This document shows positions 44,101 through 52,712 of a stretch of 64,000 nucleotides of DNA, piece by piece. Under the pieces are notes generated by a model that did not search any database, was not told where the DNA came from, and worked only from the letters and a program-made list of their open reading frames with translations. A program made the translations under genes and the position numbers. Origin of the DNA: Campylobacterota bacterium (GTDB lineage Bacteria; Babelota; Babeliae; Babelales; RVW-14); NCBI GenBank assembly GCA_020633995.1, contig JACKCO010000003.1, forward strand, positions 585,503-649,502, given 5' to 3'. The number at the start of each line of letters is the position of its first letter. Within the stretch, counting starts at the first letter, position 1.

Positions 44101-44595
44101 ATGGCAAAAAAGATATTTCTTTTTATTAGTTTTATTACGCTGTTTACAGTATCAACAGCTGCCAATGTTTTTGCAGCAGAGCCTTTGGAAAATGATAGTT
44201 TGGGGGCAATAGGGAATGCATTGCGGTTGTCAAATGTTACAGAGTTTGAAAAAATTATTCCTAGTTTGTTATCTGCTGGTGACGAATTATTAAAATGTGA
44301 TACTAATTTTTTTATCAAAATGAGTCCTCGTAGAGATAGGCATGTTATTCAAATAGCCTTGTTATGGGCTCTAAATCTTCATGAACGGTTTCGTGAAGCT
44401 GCTGAGTTGTTTGTTTGTCTTGACTCGAAAACGTGCGCGTTACTTATTATTAAAAGTGAAGAGAGGCGTTATCAGGGATTTGCAAAAAAGCTTTTTGAGC
44501 AATTATCAGCAGGCAAGAAACGAGAGGTCCATGGTGAACTTTTTGAGCAGGAATATGGCGTCTTAGCTACAGGGTTAATTAATCAAAAAGATTAA
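44101..44595 (+). CDS. Secreted hypothetical protein
   Basis: Signal MAKKIFLFISFITLFTVSTAANVFA. No recognisable domain. Confidence 0.5.
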   Translation: MAKKIFLFISFITLFTVSTAANVFAAEPLENDSLGAIGNALRLSNVTEFEKIIPSLLSAGDELLKCDTNFFIKMSPRRDRHVIQIALLWALNLHERFREAAELFVCLDSKTCALLIIKSEERRYQGFAKKLFEQLSAGKKREVHGELFEQEYGVLATGLINQKD

Positions 44596-44619
44596 AAAAC
44601 TACGGAGAAAGGAGAACGT

Positions 44620-45657
44620 ATGGCAACACGAGCGATCGTTACTGGAGTGTTTGGGCAAGATGGGTCGTACCTGGCTGAGTTTTTGCTTGGGCAAGGGTAT
44701 GAAGTGTATGGCGTCTATCGCCGTTGCATTGCTCATGGTGAGGATGAAAATGTTGCACATCTAAAAAATCACCAAAATTTCAAACTTGTTGAAAGCGATA
44801 TTCTCGAGTATAGCTCATTGACTGAATTGATCAGCGACACTAAGCCAGAGTTTTTTTTCAATCTTGCAGCACAAAGTCATGTAGGTTACTCTTTCAAAGT
44901 TCCTATAGAAACGTTTCGCGTAGATGCTGAGGCGGTTATTGCACAGCTTGATATCATTCGTCGTGTCTCGCCAAAAACACGATATTATCAAGCAAGTACC
45001 AGTGAAATGTTTGGGGGTATTGATTGTCCCAAACATGGGTATACAGAGCAGCACCCACTTAATCCTTGCTCGCCTTATGCAGTAGCAAAAGTTGCCGCTC
45101 ATCATGCGGTTAAAAATTATCGTCAAGCATATGGTTTGTTTGCTTGTTCGGGAATTTTGTTTAATCACAGTAGCCCGCGACGAGGGTATGATTTTGCAAC
45201 GCGCAAAATTACTCACGGAGTTGCACAAATTGTCGCAGGTAAGCAGCAATATCTACCTATGGGTAACATGGATGCATTTCGTGATGAGGGGCATGCAAAA
45301 GATTATGTAAAGGCACAATATTTGATGTTGATGCAAGACAAAGCTGATGACTATGTTGTAGCAACGGGCGATGGTGCAACTATCAGGCAAATGCTTGAGT
45401 ATGTTTGTCAGCTTGCAGGCCTTGCCTACGATGATGTCTATCGCATGAACCCAGAGTTTATGCGGCCAAGTGATGTACCGTTTTTACTCGGTGATTCGTC
45501 AAAAATACGTAGCATTGGTTGGCAGCCTGAGTACGATTGGAAAAAGCTGCTCAAGGAGATGTTTGAGCATGACTGCAGTTTGCAAAGCTCTGCCAATGTA
45601 AATAGTCTGCAGATTAAAAGGACACAGGAATTTACAAGCAAGACTGCTAGGACTTAG
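44620..45657 (+). CDS. gmd: GDP-mannose 4,6-dehydratase
   Basis: AIVTGVFGQDGSYLAEFLLGQGYEVYG, STSEMFG, SPYAVAK and ILFNHSSPRRG are colinear with E. coli Gmd (from memory). RBS aaggaga. Confidence 0.9.
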   Translation: MATRAIVTGVFGQDGSYLAEFLLGQGYEVYGVYRRCIAHGEDENVAHLKNHQNFKLVESDILEYSSLTELISDTKPEFFFNLAAQSHVGYSFKVPIETFRVDAEAVIAQLDIIRRVSPKTRYYQASTSEMFGGIDCPKHGYTEQHPLNPCSPYAVAKVAAHHAVKNYRQAYGLFACSGILFNHSSPRRGYDFATRKITHGVAQIVAGKQQYLPMGNMDAFRDEGHAKDYVKAQYLMLMQDKADDYVVATGDGATIRQMLEYVCQLAGLAYDDVYRMNPEFMRPSDVPFLLGDSSKIRSIGWQPEYDWKKLLKEMFEHDCSLQSSANVNSLQIKRTQEFTSKTART

Positions 45658-46412
45658 TATTTGTTGAGAAGGTCTTGAATTTCTTCACAGACAGGTAAGT
45701 CATCTATGCTAATCGTAAAAATGTTGCTGTCCAGATCAAACCTTGTGAGTGCTGCTTCTTTGTTTGCGCCCATCGCAAGCAGACTTCTTACGACATCGGT
45801 GTTTTGAGATTCGCATGCGGTATAAAGTAGGGTTTTACTAAGGATTGTTGGCTGGTAGTTGATATTTTCCTTAAATGTTGGATGCCTGTTAATTAGTTTC
45901 AGTACAACTGTCCATGGTTGCCATTGACAGGCTGCATGTAAGACAGATGGAGCATCTGATTTTTTAAGCTCTATGGTAACGTCTGCGCCATGATGTAAAA
46001 GAAGGTCAATCATTTCTTCATCTGCGTATAAAACAGCGCAATATAATGGAGTTTTTCCCTTGTGATCTTGTACGTTTACTACGATTTGAGGAGATTGAGT
46101 ATTCTCTAAAATGTGTTTTGCGTGTGTGTAATCGTTGTTAAAAATTGCATCGAAGAGTTTTTCGGCGCTTGAAACGTCACCAGAGACAGTTTTTATAAGT
46201 TGAATTTCTTTTTTTCTAGTTGTAGAAATTGTTTTCTCGGGGCTGTCACTCTCAAAATAAACACCCCCATATTTTTTTATTATAGTTCTGTAGTCTTTTG
46301 AAAGTTTAGTTTTGGGGTAGCTGTAATTTCTCCTAATTTGTTCGAGTGAAAAAAGCGAAGCAGCGCAAGCATTGATAATAAAAATAGTAAATATGTATTT
46401 TTTCATGGTCAT
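45654..46412 (-). CDS. Ankyrin-repeat protein with signal peptide
   Basis: Signal MTMKKYIFTIFIINACAASLFS. ANK units GKTPLYCAVLYADEEMIDLLLHHGADV and TLLYTACESQNTDVVRSLLAMGAN. Confidence 0.8.
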   Translation of the reverse strand: MTMKKYIFTIFIINACAASLFSLEQIRRNYSYPKTKLSKDYRTIIKKYGGVYFESDSPEKTISTTRKKEIQLIKTVSGDVSSAEKLFDAIFNNDYTHAKHILENTQSPQIVVNVQDHKGKTPLYCAVLYADEEMIDLLLHHGADVTIELKKSDAPSVLHAACQWQPWTVVLKLINRHPTFKENINYQPTILSKTLLYTACESQNTDVVRSLLAMGANKEAALTRFDLDSNIFTISIDDLPVCEEIQDLLNKY

Positions 46413-46541
46413 AATATGTTCCTAATTTAGAATTTTGGACAACCAAAGTACTCTATGTTTCAACCGTTTACAAGTAGAATTTTGCAAGCAATGCCACTTG
46501 GGTAAGCCTTCATTTTTTAGTAAACTGTCAGAGTCAATGGA

Positions 46542-47096
46542 TTGGGTTGGTGTAAAAAGTCTATTATAAAAGGGTTTTGTGTGCAGGATGGGATTGAATG
46601 GGTTGACCTAGTCGACCAAAATGATTGTGTGGTCAAACAAGTCTGTCGTAATCAAGCTATGCTTGATGGACTTAAGTATATTCGTGCCATTAACGTATTT
46701 ATCATAAACCAGCAGGGAAAGTTGTGGATTCCTCGTCGGGCAAAAACAAAACGTTTTTACCCAGGGTGTCTAGATGTTGGGGTTGGTGGATGCGTGCAAG
46801 CAGGCGAGACTTACGACCAAGCTTGTAAGCGTGAGCTTCAGGAAGAAATTGGTGACAGTTGGAAAAACAAACATATTCGTTCGGTTGTCAAGCTAAGCCC
46901 AGTCAATAACCCGGTTTCATCATTCATGCACGTCTATGAAATGCTTGTTCCAACCGGTTTTGAAATTTCTTACCCTTCTGAGGAATTTACGGAGCATTTT
47001 TGGCTAACGCCTTATGAGGTTATTGATCGTGTTGCTCGTGGTGACGGGGCAAAAAGTGACTTGCTGCATCTCATAAAAATAGTGTATAAAATTTGA
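46542..47096 (+). CDS. Nudix hydrolase (IDI-like long form; start uncertain, GTG 46581 is an alternative)
   Basis: Nudix box GGCVQAGETYDQACKRELQEEIGD, preceded by VDLVDQND...RAINVFIINQQGKLWIPRR. Confidence 0.8.
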   Translation: MGWCKKSIIKGFCVQDGIEWVDLVDQNDCVVKQVCRNQAMLDGLKYIRAINVFIINQQGKLWIPRRAKTKRFYPGCLDVGVGGCVQAGETYDQACKRELQEEIGDSWKNKHIRSVVKLSPVNNPVSSFMHVYEMLVPTGFEISYPSEEFTEHFWLTPYEVIDRVARGDGAKSDLLHLIKIVYKI

Positions 47097-47115
47097 TCTA
47101 ACAGCGGGAACGGTC

Positions 47116-48645
47116 ATGCAGCATAGTTTTTTCAAAGATCAAAAACATAAAATCACAAAAGTTCTCATTGCCAATCGTGGCGAGATAGCGCTTCGTATCC
47201 AGCATACATGTGCGATGTTGGGTGTTAAAACAGTTGCGGTGTATGAGCAAAGCGATCAGTACTGTAAATTTGTGACTAGTGCAAATCAAGCTTACCAACT
47301 TTCAGGGCAGGGTGCGTTGGCCTACATGGCCCATGAAGAAATTATCGAAATTGCATTACGTGCTGGTGCTGATGGGCTCCACCCAGGCTATGGCTTTCTG
47401 TCGGAAAATGCCATTTTTGCTCAAAAAGTTGTTGATGCCGGGCTTGTGTGGATTGGGCCACGACCAGAAGTTATTGAGTTGATGGGAGACAAGGCACGCG
47501 CACGCAAATTTGCGCTGCAGCTTAATATTCCACTTGTGCCGGGCAAGGCGGTCTCCGTAACAGATGCTGACGCCAATCAGCAAGCGCGTTTAGTTGCCCA
47601 GGAAATCGGTTTTCCATTATTGCTCAAGGATCCGTTAGGAGGTGGCGGCAAGGGAATGCGTTGTGTTATGCAGATGCAAGATTTTGATAAGGCCTGGCAA
47701 GCGCTGTGTGGGCAGGTACAGCGTACGACAAAGGCTCAATCGATTGTTATTGAGCGCTATGTTCCGGTAGCACGGCACGTTGAAGTGCAAGTTGCAGGAG
47801 ACGGGGCTGAGGTGCAGCATTTTTATGAGCGTGAATGTTCAATTCAACGTCGGCACCAAAAAATTATTGAAGAAGCTCCATGTCGGTTTGTAGCGCAAAG
47901 TGTTTTGGAAAGAATGTACAAGGCCGCATGTCGACTGGCTGTTGCTGTTGGTTACGATAGTATTGGAACAGTCGAGTTCATGGTATGTCCTGATGGTCAG
48001 TTTTATTTTCTTGAAATGAATACACGTCTGCAGGTTGAGCATTCGGTTACAGAAATGACCACGGGAGTTGACCTGGTTGCCTTGCAGCTTGAGCTTGCAG
48101 CGTTTAAAAAATTACCTGTGTGGGCAACCACTGTGGTGCGACAAGGACATGCAATTGAATGTCGTGTGTATGCAGAAGATGCGGCTCAAAAATTTATGCC
48201 ATCAACAGGCATGGTCAATGTCGTCAGTATGCCAGGTGGACCAGATGTGCGCATAGACGCTGATGTATTTGCAGGTTTTGAAGTATCGCAGTTTTTTGAT
48301 CCGATGATTGCAAAGCTTACTGTGAGCGGGACTAGTCGAGAGCATGCTCAGAGCAAGATGGCACATGTATTGCAGCAATGTATCTTGCTTGGTGTTAAAA
48401 CAAATTGTGTATTCTTGCGTAATGTTCTTGGCTCACATGAATTTGTTCGCGGTGACTTTCATACTCGTTGGCTAGAAGACCCTGATGTACTACAGCGTTT
48501 AAATACTACCGATCACAATGAACTGGAAGAAATACTTGCTGCTTGTGTTGTTTTACTCGTTCAATCAAAAGAAAAAAAGCAAGTGAGTGGTGGTGGCGAC
48601 CAGCGAGTATGTGCATATGGGTGGAGGAGACAAACATGGGGTTGA
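47116..48645 (+). CDS. accC: Biotin carboxylase (ATP-grasp) with a C-terminal extension
   Basis: KVLIANRGEIALRI, the glycine-rich ATP-grasp loop and EMNTRLQVEHSVTE. At 509 aa it is longer than typical AccC. Ends in TGA. Confidence 0.9.
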   Translation: MQHSFFKDQKHKITKVLIANRGEIALRIQHTCAMLGVKTVAVYEQSDQYCKFVTSANQAYQLSGQGALAYMAHEEIIEIALRAGADGLHPGYGFLSENAIFAQKVVDAGLVWIGPRPEVIELMGDKARARKFALQLNIPLVPGKAVSVTDADANQQARLVAQEIGFPLLLKDPLGGGGKGMRCVMQMQDFDKAWQALCGQVQRTTKAQSIVIERYVPVARHVEVQVAGDGAEVQHFYERECSIQRRHQKIIEEAPCRFVAQSVLERMYKAACRLAVAVGYDSIGTVEFMVCPDGQFYFLEMNTRLQVEHSVTEMTTGVDLVALQLELAAFKKLPVWATTVVRQGHAIECRVYAEDAAQKFMPSTGMVNVVSMPGGPDVRIDADVFAGFEVSQFFDPMIAKLTVSGTSREHAQSKMAHVLQQCILLGVKTNCVFLRNVLGSHEFVRGDFHTRWLEDPDVLQRLNTTDHNELEEILAACVVLLVQSKEKKQVSGGGDQRVCAYGWRRQTWG

Positions 48646-49220
48646 AAAAGTTTTTTGTTAACGGTAAATCAGCTCCAGTTAGCGTTGTGCAAGTTAATGA
48701 CATGGTAGCTGTCGAGCATAACGACAAGAAATATCAGGTTGAGCTCATTGCTTATGATGTCGTTACTGGCAGAGCTGTTGTACGAGCCAACGGTCAGCAG
48801 TATGTTATTTTTATTCCCTGTGAAAACGTTAACAGAAAAGAATCGATTGATGTGAGTGTTAATGGAAACATGCACGTTGTTGAGCAGGTTAACGTGAGGT
48901 CAAAAAAAATGACGATGCATGGGGCTCAGAAAACGGTAATTAACGATGTTGAACTTGTCAGCCCTGTTACGGGAAAAGTTATTCGTATTCTTACCCAAGC
49001 AGGGAAATATGTTAGTAAGAGCCAGCCATTGGTTGTTATAGAATCAATGAAAATGGAAAATGAAATCTGTGCACAAGTGGATGGATTTGTCAAAACTATT
49101 TTGATCAGTGAGGGGAATGTAGTACGATCAGGTCAGCGTTTAGTTGAGTTTGATTGTAAGAGAGAGGGTGATGGAGATGCAAAGTATGAAGGGATCAAAG
49201 AAACATCTCAAAGTAGGTGA
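48636..49220 (+). CDS. Biotin carboxyl carrier protein-like (BT-like region plus biotinyl domain)
   Basis: Biotinylation motif VIESMKMENEI within a biotinyl/lipoyl fold. ATG 48636 follows RBS ggaggaga and overlaps the accC stop by 10 nt. Confidence 0.8.
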   Translation: MGLKKFFVNGKSAPVSVVQVNDMVAVEHNDKKYQVELIAYDVVTGRAVVRANGQQYVIFIPCENVNRKESIDVSVNGNMHVVEQVNVRSKKMTMHGAQKTVINDVELVSPVTGKVIRILTQAGKYVSKSQPLVVIESMKMENEICAQVDGFVKTILISEGNVVRSGQRLVEFDCKREGDGDAKYEGIKETSQSR

Positions 49221-49947
49221 TGTTGCACGACAGCTTGGAGTCAAAAAATTTCTTATCAGAGAGTGGGAAAAAGAGTTTGGGGTACTTTCAGGACGGTGTA
49301 GACCGCGTACCGACATGACAGCTCAGGATAAGTTGGAAGTTTTTGCACGTATCAAAGAGCTTATCTGTAAATATGGTAAAAGTATTGCCGATGTAAAAAA
49401 GGAAGTGTTGCAGACTTCTACAAGTAGTGTAACGCCAGCTACACAAACAACAACTGATTTAGAGTTAACCCATCACGTTCAAGAGCCGGTAGAGGCTGCT
49501 CATGTTGAACAAGAAACGGCTCAATCAACTGAGGAATCAGTGGAAACTGCTTCCACTCAGCAATCAATGGACCAAGACCTTGTTGCGTCTGTTGAGCCAA
49601 CGCGACAAGCTGAACAATCCAGCGAATGTCTAGCCAAAGACGAATCAGAGCAAGCAGCGCCTTTTCGTGCTGGGCCAATTCTTGAACATGATCAAGAAAG
49701 CAATGAGCAAGAGAACGACGATGATGTGGTAGAACGTCATTATCAGGAAGATGATGCGGAGGATGTTGAGACCGGCTATTGTGTTGTTAACGCAGCCATT
49801 GTGGACAGAACTTCAGATGTTGAGCAGGCTGAATCAGAGTCGTTGAATCGAGCAAGAGATACTGCACTCAATTTTGATAATCATACGCGCAGTCAGCTAC
49901 GTGATCTTAAACAACACCTTATTAAGCTCAAGCAGCTTTTGCAGTAG
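49171..49947 (+). CDS. MerR-type HTH protein with a long acidic, disordered tail (start uncertain: 49171, 49177 or 49186)
   Basis: LKVGDVARQLGVKKFLIREWEKEFG is a MerR-like HTH. The remaining ~190 aa are rich in E, D, Q, T and S. Overlaps the BCCP 3' end. Confidence 0.65.
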   Translation: MEMQSMKGSKKHLKVGDVARQLGVKKFLIREWEKEFGVLSGRCRPRTDMTAQDKLEVFARIKELICKYGKSIADVKKEVLQTSTSSVTPATQTTTDLELTHHVQEPVEAAHVEQETAQSTEESVETASTQQSMDQDLVASVEPTRQAEQSSECLAKDESEQAAPFRAGPILEHDQESNEQENDDDVVERHYQEDDAEDVETGYCVVNAAIVDRTSDVEQAESESLNRARDTALNFDNHTRSQLRDLKQHLIKLKQLLQ

Positions 49948-49948
49948 A

Positions 49949-51175
49949 TTAGGGCTGAATAATCATTGCTGCATTGAAAATAGGCATATAGACCGCAACC
50001 ATAACAAACGCAATAATCAGTCCAACTAAAACGAGTAGAAGTGGCTGAATTGTGGTTGTGAGTGTATGTACTTTTTGTTCAAGCTCTTGAGTTACCAAAT
50101 CGTGAGCGCTCCTGACAGCATTTTGTAGTTGTCCCGACTGTTCACCAGCCCAAAATAGAGCGATCAATTTTTTTGAAAAGAACAATGAGCCATTATGTTC
50201 AAGTGCTAGAGAAAGGCTGGATCCTTGCTCTAGTTCATGTACGATAGAGGCAAGAACAGTTTTGATGTAGACATTGTTTGTTACGTTGCTTGCAAGTTTG
50301 AGTCCCGGGCAGAGCGGAATGCCAGCAGTAAGGCTGAGTAGAAGTGCGTGTAAAAAGCGAGAAAGGTTTGCCGCAACCAGAATTGATTTAACGCCGGGCA
50401 GTTTTATGGTGATCCAGTCTTTGTAGAGAGCAAGAGGTTTAAGATGGCCGATAAGACTGAAAAGGGCTGGACTTAGAAGCAGGGCAAATGCCACTAGGCT
50501 ACCGTAAGTCGTTCGTAAAAATGTACTTAAAGAAAAAATAACACGGGTACTAAATGGCAGTGAATTACGCATTGATAAGAGTAAGTGTTCAAACTGTGGG
50601 ATAATGAAGATAAACAGTGCAAGTAGTAAGAGCATACAAAAAACAAGGGTGAGCATAGGGAGGAACAGGGCCTTTTTGAGTGCCTGTTCCCGCGCAAGTT
50701 TTTGGTCTAAGTACGTACTCAGAAGTGTTAGTATTTCGGGGAGTTTGCCCGTTTGTTCTCCAACATCGATCATACGGGTGATGAACGGATTAAAGACCTT
50801 GGGAAATTGTTGCATGCTTTGCGCAAGTTTTTCACCTTCTTTTATGTTTACAATAATGATTTGAGTAATATCTTTGAGTTTTGGGTGATTGGCATGACTT
50901 GTGTATAAAACCAGCGCATTGAGGAGTGGTAGGCCGTTGCCAATGAGCTGGGCAAGATGATTGCACCACAAAAATAGATCATACGTTGTAATGGGCCGAT
51001 AAATAAGCGGTTTAGTTAACAGGGAGTATCTTTGTGAACCTGTCTGCTTACAGGAGAGAAGGGCAATATGACGAGAAAGGAGATCTGCTTGTAGTTCTTG
51101 CTCTGAGAGCGCCTGTGCTGTTCCTTTAACTGTTTTGCCGGCGGTGGTCATGCCTTTCCATCGGTATGTTTGCAT
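49949..51175 (-). CDS. Type II secretion system F / type IV pilus assembly PilC-family inner-membrane protein
   Basis: Two GspF-type repeats, each with a cytoplasmic helical domain followed by TM segments. About 400 aa with family-typical blocks (GEQTGKLPEIL, GEQSGQL). Confidence 0.85.
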   Translation of the reverse strand: MQTYRWKGMTTAGKTVKGTAQALSEQELQADLLSRHIALLSCKQTGSQRYSLLTKPLIYRPITTYDLFLWCNHLAQLIGNGLPLLNALVLYTSHANHPKLKDITQIIIVNIKEGEKLAQSMQQFPKVFNPFITRMIDVGEQTGKLPEILTLLSTYLDQKLAREQALKKALFLPMLTLVFCMLLLLALFIFIIPQFEHLLLSMRNSLPFSTRVIFSLSTFLRTTYGSLVAFALLLSPALFSLIGHLKPLALYKDWITIKLPGVKSILVAANLSRFLHALLLSLTAGIPLCPGLKLASNVTNNVYIKTVLASIVHELEQGSSLSLALEHNGSLFFSKKLIALFWAGEQSGQLQNAVRSAHDLVTQELEQKVHTLTTTIQPLLLVLVGLIIAFVMVAVYMPIFNAAMIIQP

Positions 51176-51474
51176 TATTCTATCCGCATTTGTTGCTCAA
51201 GGCCCAGTTTTGCCAGTGCTTGCTCATACGAAAGATCCGTGTTAATAGACAGAACTTTCTTGCGTGACGTGAGTCCATGGGTTATTGATACATCGCTTTG
51301 ACTGATCTTAAGTTGTTTGGCTAGAAACTTTATCAGCTCTTTGTTTGCTTTGCCATCAGTAGGGGCGCTTTTGACAAAACATTTGATTATGCCCGACTTG
51401 TCGCTTATTATCGCTTGTTTGCCTGATTGTGGTACGACTTTAATTTCTAATGAAATGCTCATAAATGTGCTCAT
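51175..51474 (-). CDS. yggU: DUF167 / YggU-family protein
   Basis: KVVPQSGKQAI...VKSAPTDGKANKELIKFLAKQLKISQSDVSITHGLTSRKKVLSI is the typical YggU pattern. Confidence 0.8.
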   Translation of the reverse strand: MSTFMSISLEIKVVPQSGKQAIISDKSGIIKCFVKSAPTDGKANKELIKFLAKQLKISQSDVSITHGLTSRKKVLSINTDLSYEQALAKLGLEQQMRIE

Positions 51475-51584
51475 TTTTTATAAAAAATATGCAGAAAAAA
51501 CAAGACAACTCGATTATTATGTTTTATAATATCTTGCAAGTAATCAGAAAAGCCAGTTTTAATTGGCTTTTTAAATAAAATATT

Positions 51585-51658
51585 GTGCCCATAGCTCAAT
51601 TGGATAGAGCATCAGACTACGGATCTGAAGGTTAGAGGTTCGACTCCTCTTGGGCACA
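51585..51658 (+). tRNA. tRNA-Arg (ACG), CCA not encoded
   Basis: GUGCCCA/UGGGCAC acceptor, anticodon loop CUACGGA, T-loop GGUUCGACUCC. Confidence 0.95.
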
Positions 51659-51704
51659 TATTATTTTTCAAATAGGATCTTTTGCATGATTTTTGTTTTG
51701 TCGT

Positions 51705-51796
51705 GGAGAGATGGCTGAGTGGTCGAAAGCGCTCGCCTGCTAAGCGGGTATCTGGGGTGACCCGGATCGAGGGTTCGAATCCCTCTCTCTCCACCA
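51705..51796 (+). tRNA. tRNA-Ser (GCU), long variable arm, CCA encoded
   Basis: GGAGAGA/UCUCUCC acceptor, anticodon loop CUGCUAA, variable arm UGGGGUGACCCGGA, T-loop GGUUCGAAUCC. Confidence 0.95.
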
Positions 51797-51842
51797 CTTG
51801 TTTAGTTGCAAGCAAAGCAAAATCCTGTCTTCAAAGCTTACC

Positions 51843-51931
51843 GGAGAGGTGGCTGAGTGGTTGAAAGCAACGGTCTTGAAAACCGTCAGTCCGGGTGACC
51901 GGGCTCGTGGGTTCGAATCCCACCCTCTCCA
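51843..51931 (+). tRNA. tRNA-Ser (UGA), long variable arm, CCA not encoded
   Basis: GGAGAGG/CCUCUCC acceptor, anticodon loop CUUGAAA, variable arm CCGGGUGACCGGG, T-loop GGUUCGAAUCC. Confidence 0.95.
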
Positions 51932-51947
51932 TTTTTTAAAAATTATT

Positions 51948-52466
51948 TTACGAATTTGGTTTGCGTGCCAGATTGATGGGGATGGGCTCTTTGGGGTACT
52001 TACCAGCTAAGATGTTCGGTAAGTATTCGGTTATTCCTATGGGATAGATGATATATTTACACTTGGCCATTTGCTCTAATGAAAGCCACGCAATTTTTTT
52101 AATGACCATTTTTTCAGCATCAGTTAAATTTTCAAGATTAACATTTTGTTTTGTTGTGTGTGCTACGATGAATTGCTGTTTAAGTAGTGTGTGAGTACCT
52201 GAAAGTACAAGCTCAAATTCACCAATCCAGACAATAGGGCCAAGTGTAATCTCAGTTGCGGGAATTCCCGTTTCTTCATAAATTTCACGTAAAGCCGCAT
52301 CCTCAAGGGTTTCGTCAGCTTCTAGGCTGCCACCTATCATTTGCCAAAAAGGGCCATGGTAGGTTCCGTCAGAAGCAGTAGTTTTTGGATCGTCTGTGTA
52401 AAGCATGAGGAGCTCGTTTTTGTTATTGAGTAGAAGCACCTTGATACTTTTTCTTGTAGCTAACAT
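51948..52466 (-). CDS. Nudix hydrolase
   Basis: Nudix box GGSLEADETLEDAALREIYEETGI. Confidence 0.85.
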   Translation of the reverse strand: MLATRKSIKVLLLNNKNELLMLYTDDPKTTASDGTYHGPFWQMIGGSLEADETLEDAALREIYEETGIPATEITLGPIVWIGEFELVLSGTHTLLKQQFIVAHTTKQNVNLENLTDAEKMVIKKIAWLSLEQMAKCKYIIYPIGITEYLPNILAGKYPKEPIPINLARKPNS

Positions 52467-52712
52467 GTGATTTCCCCTTTTACATTGCTTACTTTTTATG
52501 ATAGGTTCAAAAGATAGTTTTTATTCTACAATAAATAGGCCCCATTACAACAACGAAAGTAAGTGGTGCGCATGAAAGTTTCAGTATACATCAGCTAAAT
52601 TAGGGGTAGTATAAGCTTTTATACTGCTTCATCTTTTTTCTTATATTTTTTTACATAGTTTCGTTTTAACTATGCAGCTTTGTGTTGCATATAAAATAAG
52701 AAGGTACATGAC

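Noticed and set aside
48543-48635. Upstream extension of the BCCP ORF (track start 48543, MCCFTRSIKRKK...)
   Set aside because: This segment overlaps the conserved C-terminal part of the biotin carboxylase gene in another frame and looks non-protein-like. ATG 48636 with RBS ggaggaga is the credible start.
34847-51931. tRNA-bounded genomic island or integrative element between the two tRNA clusters
   Set aside because: No integrase, transposase, or direct repeat of a tRNA 3' end was seen. The interval contains core genes (sufS/sufU, pepA, the biotin carboxylase genes, a pilC-family gene).
51612-52010. Three short ORFs (67, 60 and 70 aa) over the tRNA-Arg/Ser/Ser cluster
   Set aside because: They are translations of tRNA sequence (for example ...GFEPS..., ...GFESHPLH...), a typical tRNA shadow. 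No coding evidence.
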